A stretch of DNA of 49,287 nucleotides. Source: Enoplolaimus lenunculus. Lineage: Eukaryota. Shown here piece after piece: positions 11,879 to 25,000 of this stretch. The notes under the pieces were generated by a model. It saw only the letters and a program-made list of their open reading frames with translations. It had not been told where the DNA came from and did not search any database. The stretch lies in assembly GCA_030248215.1 (NCBI GenBank), contig JASANG010002509.1, positions 744,001 through 793,287 on the forward strand. The letters are read 5' to 3'. The stretch's first letter is position 1. Every line of letters begins with the position of its first letter. The translations under genes were made by a program, and so were the position numbers.

Positions 11879-14800
11879 GCATTTGCACGCAGTAAACCGG
11901 TACGAATCTAAATTTTTAGCCGTTCGCCAGTACTCCAAATTACAAGATCCTTAGCTCCTTAAAATACTCGCCTATTTTACCGTCCATACTACTCAACAAA
12001 GACTACAACCGTTACTGCTAAACAGGTACTCTACGACGACAATCCTATATCAGAAATTCGAATAAATCCTGCTTAAACTTAAAAAATCCCAAACAAGAGT
12101 ACTACATAATTATATATATATTGCTAACTTGACTTAAATTATTTCACAAACGGCAAATAAACAACACAACAAAAACGATGCCCTACAAACTTTGTACATT
12201 GCACCAAAATAGCTCTTGTTAATCGGATTATAGTCGGGATCTAAACGAAACCGTACCACCTATTAATGGATACTTGAAAAGCGCTTTAATAAACATACAA
12301 ACGTAACCGTTTTTTCTAAGATCATTGCATAAATACGGATTTAACCAAAACGTGAACAATACTAAACCAGACAATCATATCAATCAAGCTGCTTATTGTT
12401 TTGCCACGAACCAGATGACAAAAATTAAGCTCGCAGTTGTACGTTGTAATTATTTCTGGTTGTGATTATTAACGAACGGATTGAAACCAAAAACGCTGCT
12501 ATTTTTTGCCCTGAACCGTGATGCCCTAAAGGGATAGTCGCTATAGACCGCAGTTATTTCAATTTTTAAATTATAAAAATTTTAATTTATACAACGCAAA
12601 ATTAGCAAATTTTTCTAGCAAAATGTTTCAGCAGGTTACTACCCAAAAGCTTAGCTCACAAAATCATAAAAAATGCATCAATGATTTACTCAAAACACAT
12701 TCTTCATTGCAAAAGCGACAATGTTGTCGTTCAGATATCAACTGTTTAATTTTATCGGTCAAACAATGCTACACCTGACTGAACCTAAATATCAAATGCC
12801 ACTGCTTAAAACTGCGGCCTTCGCCTACCGTTAAAACTAAAAATAATGGAATGGATCTGGTTCACATTGTTACCAAAACGTTTCATAAAATAAGTTGACA
12901 TTAACTCGTCCATAATTAAATTCTAACTGAACCAGTACCATATAGAGCCCTTCACGAAAATTTTGCTGCGAAATACGGTACAACAAAAATCACAAACCAT
13001 TTCCATGAAATTTCATACTATTCAACTTGCATTTAATTCGTTTACTATACCGCATATATGCTATTGTGAAAGTTTGATTAATTATGCAAAAAAGAACACT
13101 GTTGTTATCTTTATAATACATACTTGTATTGATAAGGCAAGAAAAAAAACAAGCGACTAAATAAACATCCAAGCAAACCTAACCATTATCTCTGTAAAAC
13201 ATGTCATATCGGAGCTGTATACTATAAAAAACAACCCAAAAAATGTGATCTACTACTGGGACTACAAAAACCCACAAAACACTCAAGGTACATCTAAGAT
13301 TAAGCCTAAGCCTAAGCCTAAATATATACTGATTTACTATTGAAACGGACGTCATCCGCATCGGCAATAAATGTCTTCAGATGACAGCAGCATCTAGCAG
13401 CGTCATGCTAACCAAAACAACACAACTCAAAAATTTACCTCAAATATTCACTTGCAGGTCTTAGGCCACACAGGTCATGGTCCTCTAACTGGGATCAAAG
13501 CCACAATTTTCGTATATAAATTAGCACTAAAATTACGCGTTTGGTTTGCTGTTGCTGGCAATCATTATCACAATGATATATATCGCGCGGCCCCGTTCAG
13601 AAATATATATCAGGATCCGCCATTAAAGAAGATTATACACGATTAGCGGTCTATGCAGCACAGTTCCATAGTGGTAGAAACCATAATTTCTCGATGCAAA
13701 ACAGCATTTATTCGGTTCCCCCAACGAGCAAAAGGGCTATAAAGTCGCAACCAAATAGACCCAAAGATCAACTTACATTTGCAGGATATTTTATAGTCAT
13801 TAGCTGAATTAAACCTGCACAATACAACACACTATAGGATATACAACAGTCAAGCGGATACTGTAAGCCAGACTAGAAGCACAAAAAAATCAAGGGTATT
13901 TCCAGGGGCGGGGGCACTCCCCAAAATATTTCTACAGTTTCAACAAAGATATGGCTACCCTTGTCCAAACCAGCAGCCACTATTGGTGCTATAACACTAC
14001 TTGTCACCGAAACTTTATGATGACGTATCAGTTCATTCAGCTAACGATAAACCATTTTTAAAAGCATCAAAATGACACAGACTCCGATTAAATGTTCGGA
14101 AAATTGCTAGATTTTAGTTGCCGTGCACCGCTGAGAATACTGTTCGCAATTTTTGTTCAATTCATTACAATTACTTACTCCTCTATGCTATCTAGATGAC
14201 GTAGGCAAGTTAGTACGACTGAAACAATTGCATACTTGACTTGTGCCTTTTTGACTTGGTCAAAGCACAATTTTTAAAAAAACGGATAAATGATTATTTG
14301 CGTTTAAATAAAGCAGTTTATACCTCACACGCAAATCAATATAAGCGTTATGCAAATGCAGCATATACAAAAACAGGACAAAATATATAACTGCATCGGT
14401 TGTGCGCATTTCAACCAACATTTTGCCTATATTTCAATAACTAAATTAAAAACATTTCAAATTCAGCATTAATCATGCAATCACACCAGTCGAACCGTAC
14501 GGTTTATCCATGATTATATCAATTCAATATGCTGACGCGTACGCGAACAGCTCTGTTTTTGATACTTCATCCAATATGCGCCAATTGCGGATTTAGAAAT
14601 TTTCACACGCGGCGGTGTGGTGTGAAATTATAACACCGAAAAAAAAACTCGCGAGCGAAGCCAAACGCAACATTACTACTAATTTTATTACAAAATTTTA
14701 GTTTTGATCCCTGTGGAACGGCTATGCCGGTGAAGCGTCCCCTTAGTCGAGCGACTGAACAATCTTTATTTATAATCTAATTTAGATAATTGATAATCCC

Positions 14801-16073
14801 ATAGTACCACAATGCAACGTCTGATGCGAACAGCACAGTAGCAAGATTTTTGCTGTCAACAACATCCGAACAATACATCAAACGCATGAAACGGGCAAAT
14901 CAAACACAGACCTAAAAGGAATTATTGAGTTAGAAAATCACATGTTGCTAAATTGCTAAAAATGACACCCATGCATGTCTGTGTGCACGCTAACACAGCA
15001 AACGCTTACATAACTTCCCCTTTCTAAACTAGCAAATGACCCGGATCAAAAATTACCTTGCCGATCATAAAAGCCCCAATATATATTTATATAAAATTCC
15101 CCGCCAATGCTAATTTATCATCCATGGTCCTCCAATACAGTAAGCTTAAGCTTTAAACTTATTTTTGTTAAAGCCTTCGATTGGGCTTACTTAAAGCTTA
15201 TCTTTACTCTGAGGCGTAGGCTTAAGCTTTGTAATATGCTTACACTGCTGTGACGCCTCTCAGTGTAACATTACGCAAACTGACTAAAATATTTGTCAAT
15301 GGACGTTTTTAACTCTACAGCAAAATTTCCCATCATAAATTTCTGGTCACATACGAATCAATTACATTAATACACGTTCTCCAGCCAGGAATCTATGGCG
15401 TTTTAGCTAAAATAGAAACGTACTATTATTAAGTTGTTTTCCTTTAGTCAGCAAGATAACAATGTTATCAAATACGTCTGATTGTCAAAATGTTTTATAG
15501 AAATGTTTTACAACCAAATTACAACCGCTTAAGCCACATCTCAGCGCGATAGCTTTTGGTTTTAAAGTAGTAGAATGCAGACATGCGGTATGCAAACAAG
15601 CGCGAAACCGAGATTGTTTAAACTAAAACGCTAGATTCTGAATTTTTTGTCATATTCGCATCTGAAATTAGACAAAATCTAGAACTAAAATATCGAGAAA
15701 GAGAAAATATTCCGTGGGATCATTGACACAGGTTGCACAAGCAAGAAGAAAACAGGCTTTACGGAATCAACCAGCTAAGTCCACCATTTACACAAGTATT
15801 TCCCGGGTCTTGTACACTTACCCACAGACTTAAGATTAAAGATAAGACTTTAGCAAAAGCCTACACAAATCTTCCCCAAAGTTAAGCGTTAATGAAGGCG
15901 CAAAAGTACGCAAGACGCTATTTCCGTTATCATACAGATCCATATCAATATCAGCTTATCTGCTTCTGTTCCATTTTACTTTAGTTGATAAGCTTGAGCT
16001 TCTACTGACACCATCCCTCAACAGAAATCTGTACATTGTCACTCCAGCCATCGTATTTCCCAGTTGAAAACCA

Positions 16074-19000
16074 TCAGCTTGGTCCATGGCTTTCAATCTT
16101 TGCTGAATGATTCGGTGTCTCGCCTAGTCGACCTACCGTACAGTCAACTTCATCAGGTCTACTTTGAGTTCCGCAATTTCCAGGCAGTGAAGTAGGCGAG
16201 TTGCAACTGTCATCAATACTTAATTTTGACAAAAAGTCAGAAAATCCACTTGGAGACACTTGCTCAGTTTCTTCAACATACGCTAGTGGGAAATAACCAA
16301 TCTAAAACACGAAAACAATGAAACGTTGAAGAATCTATACCGTAAGTTGAATACGTATCCAGTTAGATAAGTTTGTGAGTATATACACAGAAACTAAAGT
16401 GTTGGACTCAAAATCTCGATATAATGTACAATATAATGTACAAAATATAACTCACGGAAATATACCTTCATTAAAAAATGAAAAAGTGCGGTTTACATCT
16501 AATTTAATACTTCAAACTGAATAATTACTTTTCAGCTTACCTTGCCATCAATTTTGCCTTTCCACCAACCACGGTCGCCACCCGCCTTGCTAATAATCAA
16601 AATGAATTCGCCTTTGTGAAGAGAAATCATGTTTGGTGCCGTTGATTCAAAGTCATGACGGGCAACTGCACAACCTAAAAATTATTAAAAAAAGTATAAC
16701 GTAACGTATATACAGTTCATTTACAAGCACCGCTGTATAGATCAACAGCATTTTCACACACTTTACTTGTCAACGATATAGATTTGAATATCAGCGATAG
16801 ACTTGTTTAACACTATTCTGAATCCAACCATATCAAAGAAATTGTTAGCAACCACTAAACATGATTAAACGAAGAACATATATGACAAAATAACATGAGA
16901 CAACGCGCCACAGTTTGAGTTTTCGTAAACAACACGAACTATGAAAATAACGTCAAATTAATTTTAAAAATCATTACCGACATAAGCCATTTTGATTGGC
17001 GCCTTGAGCGTTGTATCAAGTGCATTAAAACTTTCTTGAAGTGAATTAGTTTCATAAAAGTGTACGAGTTCCTGGAATGAAAGAGGGCAGGTAAGATTAC
17101 CACTATCTACTTCATTCAAATCAACTTGAAGACGAAAATACATAACGTAATTGTTTCCTACGGTACGCGTAACATATCCTAAAGCACATAATTTGTGCAA
17201 AACTTATTTACAAGATATATGTACAGTAGCTAACCATGACACAAAAATAAACTTCTAAATAACGAATGGAATTGCAACATGGTGGACCAGAATTGAAATT
17301 ATCCAATTCCAGGTACTATATTACCAATTTCGCATGCGTAGTTTTCACTGAAACAGTAGCGCATGCCTTTGCAACCGATGACCCAAAACTCAAGACTTGC
17401 ATATGCTTTAAAACCTTTCAACTTTATTTATTACAAATAAGCTAATAAACAGCACGCTCCAAATTATTCACTCACCACAACAGACGAAAAGTAGTTGTTT
17501 GTATCCAAATAATATTTGTTGTTGTTCGCGTTGTATTCAATTTTAACATGCTTCACTTCATTATGATAGCTAAAACCGTATTAAACAACCGAATACAAAC
17601 AAACCAGTGACTGAGCTATGCACTTGCTACTTGTGAAACTGACCATGTGCACATACACATTATCCTTATATATTTTCCTTCAAATATTACAACAAATAAT
17701 CATTATAAAACTTGATACATAGATAGCATCATATGTAGAAATTAATTAACATATCTTAAAGTACAAAGCCACCAGCTAAAATTAACTAATTACCTCAAAC
17801 TAATGACATTTTGTTGCACTTTTGGACTGCTCCTCACTAAATATGTGCCTGTTGGAAAATTTTGAAGAAGGCGCTCAGCAAGCTCTCGGTTCAACGCCCC
17901 AGCATACCTAAAATAATATCATTTTTACAAACAGCAGCCCCATGAACAGCAGGACACCTTAATATCGGGTAAAACATCAATGATCAACAATATGAAATTG
18001 TCGACATAAAACGTCATGAAAGATATTTCGAGTGACATTATATAACCTTATTGAACATTTTCAGTTACAAAAAGCTTCCAATTTTGCTTAAACATAAGCA
18101 TACGCTATACCGGTTTCCAATCGTGCTCATTAATGTAACATTAAAAAATAAAAATCGAATACACCTACCACGGATAGCTATGCAGCTCAAAATTAATGTA
18201 GTGTTCTTGACCAACGGAACCGTTCAAAAGCGACGCATTAGCACCCGTGTCGCCTGCCCGAGGCGGTAACGGTGGACCAGGCATAGAAGCACCATTGGCG
18301 CTAGTGGTCACCACGTGCTCACTGGAGTGTTGGGCGTCAGGACTAGCAGCACTAGCATGCAGCGAGCACATATTCCCGCCGCCTGTACAAACAGCATGCT
18401 GGCGGCTACATTGCCTTTGGAACATACTATGTCTGCAGGCAGTGCTGTGTGCACAAGCAGCGCCTGTTGAAGAAACACTGCTAGTCGACCGTTCGAGAAC
18501 CGTTTGTCCATGTCTAGAGAAACTACCAGGCGAGCAACTAGAATCTCCTGGAGAGCAGCTAACACCGTGAAGAAGCGCAGAGCCTCGCTCACAACACGGC
18601 GTCGAACTTTCAGGTATGCTACTATGCCTGCGATTTTCAATAAAAGCTCCGTGCGACGCTGATGTACGGTGCATAATTCCGGCGTGCTGATGATTAGCAG
18701 CTTGGTCCTCTGTTGACTGTTTACGATGTTCGAGATGTGCTGCAGTTGATGACCCAGGTACGATACTGCTAGACTTGTGCCATGTTGCATTCCAACCAGG
18801 GTGACAAGATGCCTAAAATGCCTTGGTTGCATTGACATGGCTTACGTTTGGTTAAACTTATGCCAACATTTCAAGTACGATATGCAGCTTTAACTTAAGT
18901 GAGAGGTTGCGTATAACAACTGTTTTAAAGCTACAAACATGCCTCCTTTATTAAATGGTGTAGTGTCATTTGTCGGCAAAACAGAAAAATATACTTACCC

Positions 19001-22000
19001 GATTCGATTTCCTGACATAATCAGCAGGAAACAGGCCAATGCGATCAGTGCGCAGAACTCGTCCCTGAAAATCCAACCTACTTCTATTAAAATCACAACT
19101 TATAAACCGTTAACACCAAAATGTCTTCAAAATTCTACTTTAAAACCGATGAATAGTGTAACGGTAACTTTACGCAACATAACAAACCTATTAGGCAACA
19201 TCTAGTAAATTATCGACAGACTTACATTCCACCAGCCTTGAAACTCTGTTTCCATTTGCAACACTTCTATCATATCATTTTCGTTAAATTCCAGCACTTG
19301 CGGGCCAGCGCCATTACCATGGAACGTTCGAACCGCGCGATATAACGATCCACCGGAAGCAGCTAAAACAAAAAAACCGAATTATACTAATCAGGCGTTC
19401 TGTACCTACATTTATTACAATATGTTATATATTATACAGCCAATATTTTGTAAAAAAAATTACTGCCAAAGCATGAAAAATATTCCACTATTTAATGTAA
19501 TTTAATTTGCCAAAATTTGGCTGAAAGCTACTAACAACATAAAAACCCAAATAAGCCACAGTCATATCAATAAAAACCAGCCTTGTTCCATACAAACAGG
19601 TAAGGCCACAAAAGTGGAGCTATGGCAACGCAACAGATTTGTTACAAGAACGTACTATATTATGTAGCAAACAAAAAACTCATGTACACCTTCACCAACA
19701 CGGTTACGCTTGACAAGGTTCCCGAATGCCTTAAGCCTTAACCTAAAATATGGGGAAAGTGCGTAAAATCTAATCAAATTTATTTTAACATATCACATAT
19801 CCAAAACAGAATTAAAATTTCACTTGATGATTCTGATTGCGACTGTTGCGTTGTAATTTTGGAACGAAACGGAAACGACTGAGGACGCGATGGTAAAGCA
19901 GGGGCTCCGCATCCGTAGTAACCAACAATGCATTCTTTATGAACAGCTGTATCACAACCTAAATAATAATTAAAAAATAATAATAAAAACAATAATAATA
20001 ATAAACAAAACTGAACAGCAACACTAACACTATAACCGATGTAATGATATGAATAGGTGACGGAAGGTGACGCATGGTGACGGAAATGGCTGAACGGCGC
20101 TGCACGCGCAAGCATATGTAGCGCCACCCTTATACTGCAGAACAGAACAATAAACACACCTGATTCTTGGCATCTATAACCTTGGAATCGCAGGCCTCTG
20201 AAATGGGCACAAAACATCTATTAGAGAAATCAAAACGAAGATTAAACCAAACCACAATTAAAACAAAGTAGTTCACAAACTGTTTTGAAACATAAGCTAA
20301 GCTTCACAACGCCCATCGGAATCGTAGCTCTATTTTAAAGTTATAAGATTTCAAGCCACAGCGAGCTCCGAAGTGTGGCAATTAATGCTAAGCAATGTCC
20401 AGTTAATTCTATACAGCTGCAGGTTTACTTTAGGCATTGTGCTGCTCGCGGTTTACTACAGCCATAAGCGCGAGCGAATGTCGGTTATTTAGTATTAAAT
20501 ATTTCATCGCTTGTAAACGTTATTACCACCGCGGTTTGGAACACGACTATAATCGCGTCTGTAGACGCGACTGGACACGAGTAAAAAAATTCAACCGTTA
20601 TTATAAAAACGCGACCGCAGACGTAACTGCGATTACTGTGCACATAAATCTGTCCGTGGCTGTAATTTGTAACTGATGACAAATACCTGAGTAACATGTG
20701 ACATCGAGTACACTCAGTGGGACTTTCGAACGTTTGCAGTTGAAATCTATGATTTGTTTGTGACAGCGCGCTTGGCTCGATATTATCACTGAAAATTGCA
20801 ATATCATTCAATAATTTAAATGACACCATAATCAAAACATCGACATGAAACTTATTGAAGGTTTCACCTTGTGCAAAAACAACAACGTAGAGCAAAGCAT
20901 GAAAGCTACTTTTAGCATTTCTGAAACACGCACACATATACCAGTCGTAGTGGAACTACATGTATTAAGCAAAACTCCGATATACTTACTTTTGTAGTCA
21001 TTCTAGTTAAACATTCCAATTACTTGTAGCCCTAATAATCAGTGGAATAATTTAAAAAGTCCTAATTTAGGCCTTTTAGTTAAGCTAACAACTATAAAGC
21101 TAAATATGCAAATTAGCTATAAGCTAACATTTCACTTATCGGTTTTGGAGGTTTATAAATAGCTTATTCAGATTTTTCGTACTCAAAAACCTTGCAATGA
21201 TGAAATTAGATCTCGTGTAGCCCTAATAAATAGTGAAATACAGCAAAAAGTCTTAATTTAAGTTTAAACAATTATGCAAATTAGCCTGTAGCTAATACAA
21301 GGCTTAATATTTGAAAACCCCAATGTGAGGTTGACAACCCAGGATAATAAACTTTCGAACAAAAAGTCTATTAAAACCAGCTCAGCGATTCCTGAGATTG
21401 TTTTCGGACGGACAGACGGACGACCCCCGAGAACAAAATACAAAACGCTTCGCGCGCTTTACTCAATAATTTTTTCAGAAATTTATCTTTTTCCCACTGT
21501 ACTGTAAGTATCAGGGTTTAGCCGTATATCCGGTTCCGGCAAAAAATGGGCATCCGGCTCCGTATTCTATATAAAGTTATATAACTATATACTATATGAA
21601 TTAAACATATGTATTATATCTATATATACATATATGAGGGTAGCCATAAAAGTTCAGATTCGAATTGGGCTGCCAGTACCTAAAGCTAGGCGGCTGGCAA
21701 TATGTTAGTATTCTGAAGCTAATTATCGATATATCAGAAATTTGCAAACTGTAATATTTACATTCGGATTCTGCAAAGCTTCAGTGGATTCGGGTTCGGT
21801 TCAATTGTGGATCCGGTGCCACCCGGATATTATGTATGTATGTATTCTGCAAACAAATAAGCTTACTGAGCTATCCTGATCGCTTTGTACCACTTGTCTT
21901 TCATTTCCTCTGATTTGAAGTACAAAGTGTACACGTTTTCGATATTTTTGTGGACCAATGAAAAACAATAGTTCCACTGTAACATAAACGTTATGACATC

Positions 22001-25000
22001 AAAGTTTAAACGCTCGGACTATATTACCAAGAATGTAGTACGAGGGTACATCACGTTAATAGCGTTACGTATATCGCAATATAATGTCTCCTTCGAATTG
22101 AACAGTTTCTGTCACCTGGTACAACGTTTCACGTCCTTCAATGCCAAAAAAGGTAGAAAAAAATCAAACAGAAACAACAGTGACAACTCAATGGAGAAAC
22201 TTGCGTCCAACGTTTTATGACAGGATAAGTTTTCAACATACCTTGGGAGCGCTTTTCATGAAACCTTTCACAGTGTTGCTCAGCATGGCATTGTCTTCAA
22301 GATTGTACTCACTCAAGGATAATGCACTGCGAAACGTATATGTGTTCGTCTAAAATCAACACAGCTAATAGTTTGTAAAATAAGCCAATCGACTTATCGA
22401 TGCTTGGACAAAGAAACAGAGCAATTTTGAACAAAATATGTACCAGGAAAGTTCTAATTTAGCCTAATACCAAAACCGAATACTGATGTATGCTTTAAAA
22501 ATCGCTGGATGGTCGCTTCAAAATTTATATACGTGACCTTGTACCTTCATTGCAGTTAATTTAAAAATTAAAATTGTCTTTGAACGGTACGCAGTGGACC
22601 GACGAAGTATTCGTGTCGAAATAACAAAACAAACATATAACACCTTTAGTTTCAAATTAACAGTCAAACTACATACCTTAAGCGCTTTGCAAATCATGAG
22701 AACTTTATCAAAAACAAAGATATATCTAAAATTTAAACACACAATAAACAATCTGAATAAAAACATTGAAACATCGTCACAAATCAATCGAATTCAACAT
22801 GCACATTTAGGCTTCAGGAAAAAAACCAGTATACATTAAGCAGTCTCTTATTTTACCAATTACAATCCTAATTTAAATTGAAAAACGCAAAAAAATTTAA
22901 ACCTTTGCTTGATCTTTTTGTCTTCCCGATGGTTTGCAATACGGATTTCACCATCTTTCAACAACCGGCCATAATCAGCAAGCACCGTTCCGTCAGGCAT
23001 TTGTAAATCAGGAATCGATTGTTGTATAGCCGAAATCGCATTAAACGTCTCATAATCCCGTTTCACTTCGTTGACAAATAAACTCAAGTCCTAAAACATG
23101 CAACTCAGAAGCAAAATACTAAACTAAGTCAGTTTAAACGAATTTGATTTCTGCTCTGTGACCTCACTATCCATTATGCCTAATTTATAAAGCTTACATT
23201 TTGCTGTTGCGTCAAGAAACCAATCCATTATGGCCGACGCATTGCACTTCGAAAACAGAAACCAGCCAATTACTCACTGAACTTATACGAATTTTTTCAA
23301 ACCGCGTTAACCTTTCCGTCATTAAATAGATATATAACTTAATTCAAGCAACGATTATGGTGGCTGCTAGCCTACCCGCATTGCGTCCAGCGCCAACTCC
23401 AGACTTGTTCTGTCGTCGAGAAACACCGGCGTGTGTTTAATCAAATTCTAAAAAAATCAAACCTATTAGATAACATACAGCTAACCGTAACAAGTCGTCT
23501 TTTAATAATGAAACGAACATAACTAAAAGCCAACCGCCAACCTCACACTATGTTTCATTAAACACTGTACTATACAGCTTGCTTACTGTTGCAACAACGT
23601 TTTCCTATTTCATTAAAATATTTTATGAAAAGTAATGCCGTTGTTGCTAAACTAAATCATGCTAGCTACATAATAGTACATATACCTGTAGTATAAGATG
23701 ATATTTCAGTACACGTTGCATCGGAATAGGTATAAGGTCTTGAAGTCGAAAGGCACAACCGTTCGCATCCCGTTCTGCATCCTGAATTCAAACAAAGGCT
23801 GTGTGCAAACGATTACACAAGCATAATAATGCTAATATTTCAATTAATAGAACTAATTCAAATTTAACAGGAAGCTACAACAAAACCATAGTTATGAAGA
23901 CACAATAATTTCTATAGCAGTCAGTAAAAAGCATCGGTAGCACCCAGGGTTAAATTCTGTCTTCGTACTTGTAAAATAAAAACGACATACGAGGGAAAAC
24001 CAGAACTACTGTTGCGATTATAAATTCATCCGTATCTGCGTATAGAAAACAAACATACTGTTAGCTTAGCACGAATAACTGCATCATCGTTACGAAGCTG
24101 TTCAATTGTCTTTTGCGCTGTAGACAGGCGAGCACAATACGTTCCGTACACCGTAAACCGCGGTTTCCATCGTAGAAAAATATCGCCGATGTGCTGTATT
24201 TGCACAGAGTTGACAGTAACTATAATGATAAACAGGCGTTCAAGACGAACAGAATTCAAATTATCTAGTCATTACAATCGTAAAAACAGATACTTAGTAT
24301 TAAAATTGTCCCAACAAATTAGCTGTAACATTAGCAATTCAGCCAGTTAACTTTTATGAAATTTGATTAAGAACGTTTAGATTAAATAATTAAATTAAAT
24401 AACAACAATTGTAACATTGAAAAAGATACCGTCAACAAAATTTTACCCTGACTAGTCGCTGAAGATAAATTTACTGACAACCGTGCAGCCTTTGATAGTT
24501 CTGAGTGAAACGCCGTATGCAGTGTGGCCAAGTCCTGTAACAATAATTGATAACGTATAGGTGTAATGTGCAACAGCTACAATGTTCTCAATTAAAGACA
24601 CAAAGTCGATCAAGCTATGCGTTTGTGCTTTATAAGCTTGGAATGTTTACCTAGATCAATTAAAAAGTAACTATGTACGAGCTTGTTGTTGTTGTTGTGA
24701 GTGCCAGGCGCGTCGAGCGTTAGCTCATAGGCGGCCGACGTCCGCAGGTAGACTCTGCAGGACGCCGACTTCACGTAGGAATTGCACGGCTTTTTCTGGG
24801 GCGTCGAACAGATGTTGGATTGGGTCTTCCGTTCCGAATATCTGCCACCGCTTAGCTGCAGTTGCGGGGCATGTCTTCATTAGATGTTCCATGGTTTCGT
24901 CTTCTTGAAGGTCGCATCGGGTGCAGAGGGAGCACTCTGGCTCTGGGTTTCGCCGCATGATGAAGTTCCTGTACCACGCGAGCTCCGGGGTGTAACCGCC

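Noticed and set aside
18247..18838. Overlapping ORFs 18247-18570 (+) and 18308-18838 (-)
   Set aside because: Alternative frames of the GC-rich Vav exon 20; only the 18169-18812 frame fits both splice phases.
19690..19742. Possible extra Vav exon (LRLKAFGNLVKRNRVGE)
   Set aside because: Needs a phase-2 upstream donor, while the flanking exons already join in phase 1. Cannot be supported without RNA data.
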